Source of the DNA: Sphagnum compactum
Taxonomy: Eukaryota
Assembly (NCBI GenBank): GCA_965153455.1
Contig: OZ234494.1
Coordinates: 3,410,001 to 3,474,000, forward strand
Length of the DNA stretch: 64,000 bases
Direction: 5' to 3'
Shown here piece after piece: positions 24,225-36,859 of the stretch. The notes beneath the pieces are model-generated. The model worked only from the letters and a program-made list of their open reading frames with translations, searched no databases and was not told where the DNA came from. Position 1 is the first letter of the stretch, and every line of letters starts with the position of its first letter. Made by a program: the position numbers and the translations under genes.

Positions 24225-26196
24225 CTAATCCACGGGCGTGTCAGTCCGCCGCTTCAACTGAACTGCTAAGCGACCATCCCTTTCTTTCTCATATTCACGT
24301 ATGTCAGAACGCTGTAAGAAGGCAACTTTGTCCAGGTACTTATCCCCACTCTTCTTATATGCCTCAAGCTCCAGATCTAAGCCCTTCTCCTCTTTGAATT
24401 CTCCCCAGTCCTTTCTAGACTTATCTAAGATATTCAATTTTGGTTTTTTACTAATTTGCTGGAGTAAGGCATCCAGCCCTGAAGATGATGCAGCTTGCAT
24501 TTCAGCTCTCCTCTGAGATGCCTGGCCAGCCTTTGAATTGGGATCCACATATTTTGTAATTTGAACCTCCTCTCCAGCAAATTCCCGAACTTCACTTATC
24601 TGCAAGAACAGCCACCATAGCAAGAGTGAGTCCTCTGCTCACAAGAATATCTACTTAGATTGTGGTTTGTGAACCCAGCATTCAGAGTAAGGGACCTCAC
24701 CTCTATCTTCCCCTCAGTGCTTGCAGCTCCAGCAGCAGCCTTCGCAGCTGCTAGAGCAGCAGCTGCAACTTTCCTAGCCTCCTCCTTTTCCGCTTCAATC
24801 TGGTCCTTGTCACTTTCTTTGGCCCCAGTACCTCCATCAGTACTCTTCAAAACTTCACCACCTGCAATTCTATCTCCAGTAGCCAGCTTCGTGCCACTTA
24901 CTCCTTTTGATGATACTATGCCTAGACTTACCATCCACCCCTGAACCAACAAGATGATCCAATAACCATCAGCAGCAGACCATAACTGCAATATTGAAGG
25001 CACAACTAACAACTAACTCTTTCTTTCAATGAAGTATAAAGTGAGCACAGAGAGAATGATCTGGAGAGTTTCATGCCTCCCCTAAAACAGGAAATCAATA
25101 GCAGATACTCCTAACACTTGCACATTACATTCATGAATCATGATAAAGACAAAAGTACTCCTTAGAGATGCAGAGGAATATTGAGGCATCTGATGGTCGA
25201 CTGGCTGATAGATAGAAGAGGTTAATGGAAGCAGAAATATCATTGTGACAAGGCCAACAACCCATTGATAAAGGGCACAGAAGGGATCAACTTACTGGCA
25301 CAGGTTTGGTACTTTTAGATTGGCTTGGGAATGCTGGCACATGCCCTCGGCCACCCTTTGATTGCACAAAAGGGTCTCTAGCCTTAAGCTGCTCCCAAAT
25401 GGCATTAATCTTGGCTTTCTGCCCTGCTCTTCCATCAACCCAAAAAGCACTAAGTCACATTCCCTGCTGAGAGCTACAATTAGGTCAGGAGCAAAAAGTA
25501 TCCAAAACTAGGGTTACAATGATCGGAATTGTACTAAACTGTAAAGCAGTTCACTCTCTGCAAGGATCATTGCCACAAACATTCTTCTTACCAGCTACGG
25601 AAAGAATTCTTTGGTGTCTAGTAGAAATCATACACCATTTTTGGCGAGAGACAAATCCACCAATGCTAGACCGAGATCTCGAAACTATGGACACGTGCCC
25701 CCACATACTCGTGCCCCTAAATTTTTGCTAAGCTTCATCCAGAACACGAAACAAAAAAAGAAGCTGTCACAACCATGCTCTAGCTTCTTAGGATCACCTA
25801 ACCCTAGTCGTTTTGCATTCGCTACAGTTCCAAAACTTGGAATCTACCCCATCTGAAACTCGACGGCTAACTTCTAAGATCTGCAGCCGTTTCAGAATCA
25901 GAAACCCTCGCTGAAGCTTCAGCCATGCAAACTGATGAAACTATATCCGAAACCTTAACCCTAAAGCAAGGTTGTTCCCAGGGGGTGAAGGGGAAAAAAA
26001 AAAAAAAACAAACAAACAACTCAAAGCAAGACGTAAGAGACTTGTGCAAAATACCATCAGCCTTCAACTGTGCAAGGGGGTCCGCGGTCTGTTGCTCATC
26101 CAGCGAGCGCTTGCCTCTCCCGCCGGCTGCAGACTCCGTCTCGGTATCACCACCAGACTTGCCATTCTGCCTGGCACCGTTGTTCTCCACATGCAT
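24225..26196 (-). CDS. SWC5: SWR1-complex subunit SWC5 / CFDP1 (BCNT-C domain). Exons 26196-26055, 25423-25296, 24940-24701, 24599-24225
   Basis: KAKINAIWEQLK in exon 2. BCNT-C domain ISEVREFAGEEV...GLDALLQQISKKPKLNILDKSRKDWGEFKEEKGLDLELEAYKKSGDKYLDKVAFLQRSDIREYEKERD. GT-AG introns keep the frame. Confidence 0.9.
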
Positions 26197-26559
26197 GGCT
26201 GACTAGATACAAACACTCACACAGGGCAGAGAGATGTGAAGAAGCTACAAAGCCGAGAAGAGCACAAGCTGCTGATGATGATGATGATGCCGCTGATCCT
26301 TGCACACTGCTCTTCCTCAAGGACACAAGAACCCTAGATGTTGTTGTTGGGGAGTGCTCGATGTTTGTGCGCAAGCGCGCGCAGGCGCCATCTTCTTCCA
26401 TGCTCGCCGTCTGTATTTAGGGTTTACTAATGACCTAATTAGCACTAAAGTAATGACTTAATTAGAACCAAAGTTCATAAGCCCTAAGTCCACAAAGTGT
26501 GGTGAAAATTGTTGTAACTTTCATCAAAACCTTGCAAAACTTTATTTACAAACATTCAA

Positions 26560-26868
26560 GTTTTTCACATTCAAGTTTAGTTATTTACTTTTTTGCAGCC
26601 CCAATCATGAAACTGAAACTCGGACAGCAAATAGTTGGGGGGACTACTAAAAGCGAACCACCTCAACCAATCATTATGATCAACCAATCCGAACAACCAG
26701 TGAGCAGCAATCATATCATATTTATTACACTCTTTTGTGCATACAGTGTTGCTCCAGCCAAAATGATTTTGCTGAGCTAAACCGGCACATTTTGACTTTT
26801 CTTCATCCAATTTTTACTTGTGTATGGATGGATCACATAGGGAGCACTGCTGGAGATAATAGATGCTC
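26560..26868. mobile_element. Partial copy of a dispersed MITE-like element, same family as 49811-50210
   Basis: Shares CAAGTTTAGTTATTT..., CCAATCATTATGAT, TTTGACTTTTCTTCATCCAATTTT and GATCACATA with the 49.8-50.2 kb copy. Ends in ...AGATGCTC followed by TTA. Confidence 0.65.
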
Positions 26869-27847
26869 TTACTACCTATAAATATGTGGGGGCATGACCA
26901 CAAGGTCAACTTCCACTGCCCAAATTGAGAAAATGAACAATTAATTTCTTCCAAAAAAAACCAATTGGTTTTTTAGCTTTTAAATGATTTTGTGGTTTTA
27001 GAATGGTACAATAATATTGTCATATGATTAATCAAATTATACATATTGTTGTAGCTTGCCATAATTATGTTGGCTTTCATCACCTCATTGTCCTTTGGAT
27101 GACAATTTAACATTGGAAGTTGGAACCTTTTTCATATTTATATTCTTATTATATCATCACTTTTCAATTGTCACATGAAAAATAAAATAAAATTTATTTC
27201 CTCAAAGAATAATATCAACACATATTTTGAATTCAATTTAAGTCACCTCACACTAAATAAAAAGATTAATTTTCTTAAAGTCTTCTCTTTGAGGCTCTTT
27301 GAGATTGATATGGTTTCTTGATGTAGTAAATATAATTGATGCATTATTTTATTTTATTTTATTTTATTTTTAAAAAAGGTTTTCCATAGCTGAAGATTGA
27401 ATTTCTTGTTATAAAATTAATAGAAATGATTTCATGAAAATGCCATGTGATCATGAAATTTTATTTTGATATTGTAAGATTCGAAGAAGAAATGAAAATA
27501 TATTAATATTCTAAAAAATTTGGAAAATTAAAATTAAGAAAATCTAACCTCATTTTCTTAAATAAATAAATAAATAAAAATTCGGCAAAGAAGTGCCAAT
27601 TGTCAGTCAGAGGTACGTTATATGCCTGTACATTACTTGGGGAGTGCAAATGAATGTATTATACGTATGTACGATGTATAATACACATGGTGTACAATGC
27701 ATACATACGTAGACTGCGGAGAGAGGGAGAGAGACAAGAGCGGCGGTCTCCTTCGCGAAGGGCCGATGCGTCTTGCGCTTCGTTTTCGAGGAGTGGAGAT
27801 CGGATTCTGTGAGGGATCCGAGAAGAAGGAGTGAGAAGGAGAAGAAG

Positions 27848-29192
27848 ATGGTTAGCTCAATGGCTGCAAAAAAATTGTGGGTTTTGGTTGTGGTGGCCGT
27901 GATCTTGTTCTGTGGGAAGCAAGTGCAAGGAATCCGGTTCGTGATCGACAAGAAGGAGTGCTGGTCACACGAAGTGCGATTTCCTGGCGACACTGTGTAC
28001 GTCTCCTTCGTGGTCATCAAGTCTGAAAATTCCTGGAACTATGATCATTACACAGTGGGGCTAGATCTCATCGTGAGTTCCATTTACCTCTTTGTCCTTC
28101 TTTTCTCAAGGAGAATAGTAGTTTCTCACTGCTCTCCCCGAGCTCACCACTCCTCCTTCTGGTTGAAGAAATCTCTGTAGAAAGAAAGAGGGATATGTAG
28201 ATATCTATCTTTGCCGTTGTAGACTCTCGCTTTCCAAATTAGGGTTTCACAGCTACTAAGACCATCTCACTCGTACAGAAACTCTAACAAGTTTCAGCGA
28301 TGATGCTCTAGGTTTAATCTTCTTGTTGAAGGGGTCGAAGTCCATAACAAGAGATGGTCGGTGGTGTTGTGCTATTTGGTTCCAAAGGTTGAGGGGCCAT
28401 CAGGTCACCAAGTACAGAACATCAAACAGAAAACAGAGGAGAAGTTTGAGTTTGTCGCAGAGCGGAGAGGCCTCTACAAGTTCTGCTTCTTCAACCTTGG
28501 TTCAATACACGAGACAGTTGACTTTGATGTCCATATTGGCCACCTCTCCAGTCAAGAACACTTGAAGGATGGTATGTAGTTTTTTTCCCAATGTGTGGTC
28601 TTCATTGGCTTTTGTACAGCTGCTATCTGATTTCTTTCAACTGCTGCAGTGGCTGCTTCAGATGTGTTTTTTGTTGCTCATAATGCTGGTCATAAATGTA
28701 TGATCATAATGCTGGTCCTGGTGCAGAACATTTTGAACCTGTGATGATGCAAATTGAGAGGCTCGAGGAAGCCATCTATGCAGTGCAATTTGAACAGCAC
28801 TGGCTTCAGTCCCAAACTGACCGACAGGAAGTTGGTGTGTTCACAAATCCTTCATTTATTTTTGTCAGCAGTAGACTGCTTGTGCATGGGTGGTACATTG
28901 GGTATCATCTCTCTGAGAGAGTATAGAATATCTCAATCTAACTCTCTTTCTAACATAGTGTTGCTTTCTTGGTGTGCGTGCTGTGTTTGTGGGGGCCTTG
29001 AGAGTTCAAAACCGTCATCTCACATTGTGCATTATATGACTGTGGGAATATGCTACAGTGAACCGAGCAATGAGCAGACGAGTGCTGTACAAAGCAGCAT
29101 TGGAAGCATTCGCATTAGTGGGATCCAGTGTGCTCCAAGTTGTGCTGTTGCGACGCCTCTTTGAACGAAAACTGGGTCAATCTCGTGTGTAG
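27848..29192 (+). CDS. p24/emp24/GOLD family cargo receptor, p24beta2-like. Exons 27848-28072, 28388-28571, 28727-28834, 29059-29192
   Basis: Signal peptide then IRFVIDKKECWSHEV, GOLD domain (GLYKFCFFN...ETVDFDVHIGH), coiled coil, transmembrane segment, and tail LLRRLFERKLGQSRV*. GT-AG introns in frame. Confidence 0.93.
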
Positions 29193-30467
29193 TTTTCACT
29201 ACCTCATGCAGGTCCTACTTCAGTATTTTTTGTGGCAGAGCCACCTGAACGTACATCCTGGGAAGTCATAGTCTTTTAATGTTTCTCTCCTTCTCATCAT
29301 ACACATAATGTGTTTGTGATGCATTTTTTTTAATCATCAGCTATGCCTCTTAGATGCTTGCCAACATCAGGACTGACTCTTCCCATTGCTTTTGGAAATG
29401 GGACAGAGTCTCAGGAAGCAGAATGTTTTATCATTGATTGCCCTCATTTGGAGCAGATTATTGCATCCTTATCTACACCCACTGTCAGGAGCTGAAGTCA
29501 GTGGGGAGTAATGGCAGCTAGTCACAGCCATTCATGATGAAGGCAACCATGGTCTGATAATTTGTGACACACAGAAGTTATAACTTATAACCACTCTCAT
29601 TCTTGTTGCATTCTGTTTTGGATCTGGCTGCTGCAACTGACCTATTAGTTAGGTTCAAGTTGTTTTTGTGGAGTTTTCTCTGCATTCTTATAGATGTATA
29701 GTATTTGCTGTCTACTTTTGTCTGAACATGCATAACCCTCCAATTTCTGAGTAACTTCTCCTCTGCCATGTCTAGCCAGAAACCTACATTGGAGTCAGGG
29801 ATGACCTACATTTTGGCCATTCCCCTCAGGTAAATCATATTGAAGTTTAGGCATGCGCACTAGTGTCCTTCAATGCAAATGGTGCTGAATTTTGGGCATA
29901 CCCAATAGTGGTGCTTGCCAACACTAGTTTGACAGGAATGAGAAACTTCAATATGTTATGGACCATCATCTAAGAATTGGATTGATTTGTGCTTACTTAA
30001 TGACATTGAGGTTATAGGACAAAATTGAGTTAAACTAACACCATTGCAACTTCAAGCTAAAGAGTTCACATTCATTAGAGGGCACCTTGAGTTGTAACAT
30101 TAATTAACCTAACATGGGGTTTTAAGGAGAGAATCATTGATCTAAATTTACACACTTTCGAACAAAATGTTGTGCAGCACACTGTTGGTATTATGATAAC
30201 CAGAGCTAGGTTTATCTGAGAGCCCACTTGAAATGGATTGTTCATTGAACATGTTTTCTCACATAAGCTTCATGTGATATGTTTTGAATATATTTGTGTG
30301 ACATTGTTTACTTGCGTTGTTGCTTTGGTATTTGTTTTGTTTTCTGATATTTTTGTAATCTTTTTGACATTAGGGTTGACAATAATTTGTTCTCTAGCAA
30401 TGTTTAAAACGAAGTAATACATAGCAACTAAATATGTTATCAAATTTCGAGGTTGCAATGGGAGGTC

Positions 30468-30650
30468 ATCTTACAATTCTTACACATTCCATAAGGACCG
30501 GTTGTTTACTCTTTGTGCATGTGGTAGGCTCTTACACATTCCATAAGGACCTGTTGTTTGTTCTGTGTGCATGTGGTGGGCTCTTAAACATTCCAGAGGA
30601 CCTGTTGTTTATTCTTTGTGCATGTGACAGGTCTTTCTGCATGGTAAGGA
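30468..30650. repeat. Tandem repeat, about 52-bp unit, about 3 copies
   Basis: TCTTACACATTCCATAAGGACCTGTTGTTTGTTCTGTGTGCATGTGGTGGGC-like unit repeated. Confidence 0.7.
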
Positions 30651-32233
30651 CCTCAGAAGGCGGCGTTACTAGAGTTTGATGCTGCCATTGGACAGGTGCC
30701 TTATTCTGGTTACACCCCCATCCGCAGGCCTTACCTACCACATAATCATCAATGAATCCAAAGTGAAGCCCATACCATAAACCCTTACCCTTAACAGACG
30801 CACAATGGCATGGCTATGAGGACAATCTAATCCATGATGGCAAAGCCCATGAGTATACGAGAAGGGGAGCCCTAGAGGCCCTTCCTTGTTTTGAGGTGCC
30901 TAGGCACAAGGGAAGCAGCAGGCGTGATGAGCAACAAAAAACATGGAAGGGCAGAGAGAGCTACCTTTCTCTTGCATAAAGCACCATGCTTGAAAAAAGC
31001 CCAGTGCTTCACAGCATGCAAATGCAGGTAGATTGGATCATGGCTGTGCACAGAATCATTGTGCACTAATAAACAACTAGTGTTGCCAGACCTTGTCATG
31101 GGGTGTATTAGGCAAAATTTAGCTTATTTGTCAACCTCATTTCCTTAATTGAGATACCGATAACCAATTATTAAAAAATGTATTACTTCACAACTCCATT
31201 GCCCCTCGATGTAATCCAAAGGGAAGTGCAATCCTCTATTTGGGGAAGTTACAGAATGTTTTTGTGATGGACCCAGGAAAGTGGCTCATTGCAACCAAAA
31301 AGAAACAACTTTTCAAGAACACCCCACTCCTTGAGTGTTGCCGTACGTGATATGGCTAGCGACAAGTATTACATGGATGGTTGGTGCTATTTATATCCAT
31401 GCCAGTGGAAAAGGTTGTATCAAAGACATTGAGAGATTACAAACAACAGCCAATGAGCTGAAAACATCACTTCAATGACATGCATCCTACCATTCCCGAA
31501 GGACGCATTCATATCCAAGGTGCAAGAACTAATTTCCAATTGGGATTTGTTGATTTCTTTCTAGCTATGCACATCACTTTCTTCAATGAATCTGACAAGG
31601 TCTCTCTCGCACTCACTCTGAACTGCCCTCTTCTTCCTCTCTAACGTATTAGTTCACCTGCATCTTGCTAACATTTTAGTGACAAACAATTGATCACATG
31701 TGCACAACAATGTACATACATTTCCTTCCAAGTTGTCCAATTGATCTATAAAACTTGATGATAAGGAGTTCAATAATTTCCTATGTAAACCCCAACTCTG
31801 TCTGCCATTCTCCTAAGGCTTGGTCTTCCTATTTCCTACTTCTCTTTCTCCTACAAAACAAGCTGCAATCACTACTCTGCCTAGAGTACTCTAGAACAAA
31901 AAGTTCAGGTGTGATCTGGTTTCTTCAGAAAACCCAACTCAACCCAACCTATTGGTGTTCAAGGACAGTGTATGTATTACTTTTTGCGCAAATCATCAAT
32001 TGCATTTGTACTATAAGTACAAGTGTTGTGTATGGAGGAAGGCTAGCCTAGGCTTCAAGAGTCTTTTTTGGGGAAAAGAATTGAACAAGCTAAATAGAGT
32101 TAGCCAATTTGACTAAATTTTGTATCCCTGAAAAAAATGCGAAGTAAGGTGTGGCCTGGATCAACTGTTTTTCTCAAACCATTCATCATTTTTCTTATAC
32201 TACACACTAATTTTTAAGTGTAGACTAAGCTGC

Positions 32234-34065
32234 TCAGTTCACAGCTGAGCAAATTCTTCTCACTTCTCCATCTGATCCTAATTTGACTCCTACCCGACCC
32301 AATTTGAGCATAGCTGCAATAAACCGCTTGAAGAATGCATCTGTGTTTTGTGAGTACTCTGTTACGTAACGAGCTGTGTGTGGGTCAGCCACGAGTGCAG
32401 CATCTGATGACATCAATCCCTTACCTTGCAATAAATCTGAGTAGTAAACCTCATCAAAGGTGTTTGGAGTTGTTGGGTCAAGTGGTACAGATGACCCTGG
32501 ATTGAGTGGCTGTGGACACAAAGACCTGAGAGTCTGTCCGTATGCGACAGAGAGTGATGGGTCCATCCCATTGCTGCTGTTGTAGCCATAGAACCTTCTT
32601 GCCACCTCTGTGCAGTGAGCTCTTCCAAAAGTATGTGCTCCTGGACAACAATATATATATATATATACAAATCCAAGCTCCAATCTTAGCAGACAAACTA
32701 TGACAAACTTCAACATGCAGGAAAGTCAGGTACAAATCACAATTGGAAGAGACAGTCGCACGATCTGCAATCGATCATCCTTCAATTCTTGGAAATTGAA
32801 TTTGCTACAAAACCGTAATCCAAGTCTATGGGTCAAAACACTTTGGGTACTAACTCGTGTTTGTTTGCTAAGAATTAGACATGTGAACATCCAGCGCTTA
32901 CCAGATAGTGTGACCATGTCACGGGATGTCAAGCCAAGTGCAGCAAAACTGGCAACGAGTGTTGCAGCATCGGAATGTGATGAAGGTAGTAGAGCCTCAG
33001 CTTCTGCAGCAGATGACACAACACCATCCTTTCGTCCCAATTCCACAATCCAATCAGGTCCTCCTTGCTGGAAAAAAAAAAGGTCCATGAGACAAAAAAA
33101 ACTATGCAAGTCCAGGATTGGTTGGAAAAAAGAGTATGAGACAAAACCATGTGAGGAGGATTTGCTGCAAAAAAGTCCATGAGACAAATACTATGTGAGG
33201 AGGATTTGCTGCAGAAAAGTTCATGAGACAAAAAACTATGTGAGTACGATTTGCTGCAAAAAAGTTCATGAGACAAAACACTGTGAGTACTTACCTGGAA
33301 AACAGCATCTTTAGCAGCAAGAGCTATGATGTCAGCACATGAAACAATGCCAGGGCAAACAGCTTCCACCTGACTCTTGATCTCATCTACAATATTGAAT
33401 CCCCTCAAGGTTTGGTTGGGGATTGCATCTCTCTCTGCCGTGTTGTTTGGAGTGGACTTGATCAGAACTGATGCATCACAACCCTGCACAAACAAATCAC
33501 ATGAAACTGTGCATCAATTTACTTCCGGGTCAACCTCATGGGTGTCTGTCATGATCCATCTTGCACTAAGCAGGCTATTGAGAAATTGCAATAGCTCAGT
33601 TGGGCTCCCCCCTAAAGTATATAGGATAAGGGAAGTCAAAATTAGAATGGTAGGAAATAGAGGCTGTTGCAAAATCAGAAAATCACATTTGGGTAGTCTT
33701 ACATTAACAGCACAATCGTGGAAGAACATGCGCACAAGAGGAGCTCCAGCTGTTGGGTCCTGTTGGATTTGGCTTGCGACCACTGATGCGGTGATTTGCT
33801 GTAAACTAGGGCATGAGGAGTGATAGAATCTAGTATCCAGTTTCGTAAGAGTCCCATGACTCCTAGGACTCCTCACAGCTTCTTGGGATTCCACACAGCT
33901 GCAAAACAACAGAATTCCAATAACCAACCAAAGAAATTCACAACCCTGGAACTTTACTGAAGAAGAGCATGCAGGCCGAGCTTGCAGTAGCAGCTGTTGT
34001 GTCTTCTTGCACTCATGGGGCACTACGTTGTGTCTTCGGCACATTGAACTGCAATTCAATGCCAT
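32234..34065 (-). CDS. Class III secretory plant peroxidase. Exons 34065-33703, 33483-33295, 33067-32902, 32640-32234
   Basis: Distal motif [39 protein letters not shown], and proximal motif [16 protein letters not shown]. Canonical 4-exon class III peroxidase layout, ending [11 protein letters not shown]. Confidence 0.95.
33083..33290. repeat. Tandem repeat (about 45-bp unit, 4-5 copies) filling peroxidase intron 2
   Basis: CATGAGACAAAAAACTATGTGAGGAGGATTTGCTGCAAAAAAGT-like units. Confidence 0.8.
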
Positions 34066-34453
34066 ATTGATCAAAACTTGCATTCTTCTTGCTAGAGTTC
34101 CCAGCTACCAAGTCTTGTCAGCTCTGTCTCTCTGTCTCTCTCGGTCTCTCTCTCGGTCTCTCTCTCTCTCTCTGGACTCTGGACTCTGTGTATGTGTGTC
34201 TCTGGATGTGGGTTTCATATGCCAGATCTCTCAGGCCTTGATCAGCAGCTGTGAGGTGGAGTGTGCAATGGGCACTACTACTAGAGTCTTGGAGGAAATT
34301 ATAACTCAATCCAGCAATGATCTGTATCTATCTGAGCTGTTTTTGACAACCAAGAATTCAAGGAGGTCTTCTACAAGATTCAAGAGCATCTGAGATCATG
34401 ATTAGCCTATATGGTACAATGTACACTAGTGTTGTGTCTCTCATGAGTTTTTT

Positions 34454-34486
<33 letters not shown>

Positions 34487-35472
34487 GGCCCTTCTTACTT
34501 ACTATAACAGCTCTCTCAGCAGCTACAGTTCGAAGTTAGTATCTTCCTCTCTTGCTCTTGCAGCAGCCCATGGAGTTAGCCAGCTGCTGCTGCTGCTGCT
34601 GCTGCTCCACCCTGTGACCAGCCTGAGTTTTGTGTGCTGCAAAGACAAAATGTCTGGAGCATCATGACTGAGTATGTCTGTCTCTGTCTGTCTGTCTTTT
34701 CTGTCTCTTTGTAAATTCCTTCATTCCCCATTCCCAGTAGCTACAACTATCATCACCACCAGATCAGCTGACCAAACACCCACATCAAGAAGTTTCCTTA
34801 ATAATAAAATTACTCCTCAAAAACCAACAACAAGTAGGGATCAGTCTTCCATAAAGTAAGCGAAACACAGCACCAGAACCCTGAGTTTGGTCATACACAG
34901 GGTGAGATTCAAAAAAAACCTGCAAAATAAACTGAGTTTCATCCTGTCTTTCCTCTTTCCTGAGCGCCTCCACTGCTGCTGCTACATATATTTTCACTTG
35001 CTCCTAACTGTACAACTACTATAGTTAGTCTCGTAAACCTTGTGCATTAAATGCTGAGTATCAGCATTTGGTTCGTACTGAGTAAGTAGTAGGAGCATTT
35101 CATACTGAGATTTATTAAAATGTCTTTACTTTGCGGATACCACTGAAAGAGGGGATATTGGGTGAAAGGGGGCCCAAAGACAGGGTAAAAAAGACAGGAC
35201 TTATTTTAAGGATAACTCCAGTATCTTAAATTTTCTTGGAGACTGAAAACCTCTTCTTGAAAAAAAAATTCGGTTCATGCTCAGGGCCTCTAAATCTTGC
35301 CTTCTTGAACACTCTTTCTCTCTCTCTCTCTCTCTTTATATTGACTCTTTATCATCACTCAACCTTGTTCAACAAAGAGATTGACACTCTTCCAATTTCC
35401 TTGTGAAACAGCAGGCCTACATAATCAATGGTGTACCTCTGCAAGAAAGAAGTATAAACTTCAAAACTAAAA

Positions 35473-35760
35473 TGTGATTAGGATTAAGTTCAAAGGTGGT
35501 GTGATTAGGATTAAGTTAAAAAGGTACCTAGTGTGATTAGGATTAAGTTCAAAGGTGGTGTCATTAGGATTAAGTTCAAAGGTACCTAGTGTGATTAGGA
35601 TTAAGTTCAAAGGTGGTGTCATTAGGATTAAGTTCAAAGGTACCTAGTGTGATTAGGATGAAGTTCAAAGGTACTTAGTGTGATTAGGATTAAGTTCAAA
35701 GGTACCAAGTGTGATTAGGATTAAGTTCAAAGGTACCAAGTGTGATTAGGATAAAGTTAA
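35473..35760. repeat. Minisatellite, 10 units of about 27/31 bp
   Basis: GTGTGATTAGGATTAAGTTCAAAGGT followed by G or ACCTA/ACTTA/ACCAA, repeated. Confidence 0.92.
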
Positions 35761-36859
35761 CTTGGTGATATGAATTAATGAAATTAAGTTAATTACTACC
35801 TTAGTATGACAAGAAAATGGAGGAAGAGAGAGAGAGAGAGAGAGAGAAAAAAAAAAGGGAGGGGAGAGGGGGAAACAAGTTAAGAACTAATTGGGCCAAA
35901 CTTGTGAAGAGTATTGTACTATGTTTGCTCTCATTGTGTAAGTTAGCTTCTCAATCAAGTCATCATTAAATTGGATGCCTTGAAGAATGAAGCAAACACC
36001 TGTTTTGGAAGAGGTAGGTAGAGAGAGTAGTACTACAAGGGCATGCCAGGTCTAGCCAGTCTGGCCCTAGTCTGGCCTTTGTACTTTCCTCCTACCTTTC
36101 TTCCCCATCCCCTAACTAACCCATGTAAGGGGGAGTTAGTTACATGCCAACTAAGTCCTCTACCCCACCCCAAACCCTAACCCTAAATTTTTATTTTTAT
36201 TTTAAAACGACTAATTCAAATTCTAGAGAAAGGGAAATGAACAATGAACCTTCAGAAAATTTGCACATTTTAGGGTGTTATGCATATTTGGGGAGATGGA
36301 GATAATTGAGAGTTCAAGTTTAAATAGGGTTTAGTGTAAAGCAAAAACAACTATACACAATATAACCTAACCCTACCTATAACTTTTTGAAAACAACTAA
36401 CTCTATTGTGAAATTTGATACTTACAAATTTAAGTTTAGGATCTGCACTTATTATTCAAGGTTGTTTTGGATTTTTGACATAACCAGGCTTCTTTTTGGT
36501 TACATTCCATGAATCTTTTGTGCACTCTCACAATCTCCAATTGGAAAACAATGGGTACTTCAAATTGTGGGACAATCCCATTGGATTTTTGGGCTTGTCG
36601 AATTGTCTAAATAATTCCGGAATGGCAACATATTTCTTTATTATTTATACAAGAAATATATTCCCAAAAAGGGTATATGATAAGGGTGTTCAAACCCTAT
36701 CGTAAACCCTAAACCTTAAATTTTTTGTATACTCAAAATCTTAATGTAATGGAAAAACTTGGGTGGTAATAATTATTTTATCCTATGGGTAAATCAAAAT
36801 TTTAAAATTTTGGGCTCCACACTAGTGTGCACTATTAATAACAATCAACTAATGGAATT

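Noticed and set aside
30878-30915. GTGCCTAGGCAC palindrome with a short flanking stem as an ncRNA hairpin
   Set aside because: Too short and irregular for a miRNA precursor, with no other support.
34719-34729. CTTCATTCCCC matching the 3' half of miR166
   Set aside because: The 5' half (TCGGACCAGG) is absent and no hairpin partner was seen.
35473-35760. CRISPR-like or telomere-like array
   Set aside because: No spacers, and the unit is not TTTAGGG. It is a minisatellite.
36168-36720. AAACCCTAA motifs as an interstitial telomere
   Set aside because: Only one or two units per site, typical of scattered telo-box-like motifs.
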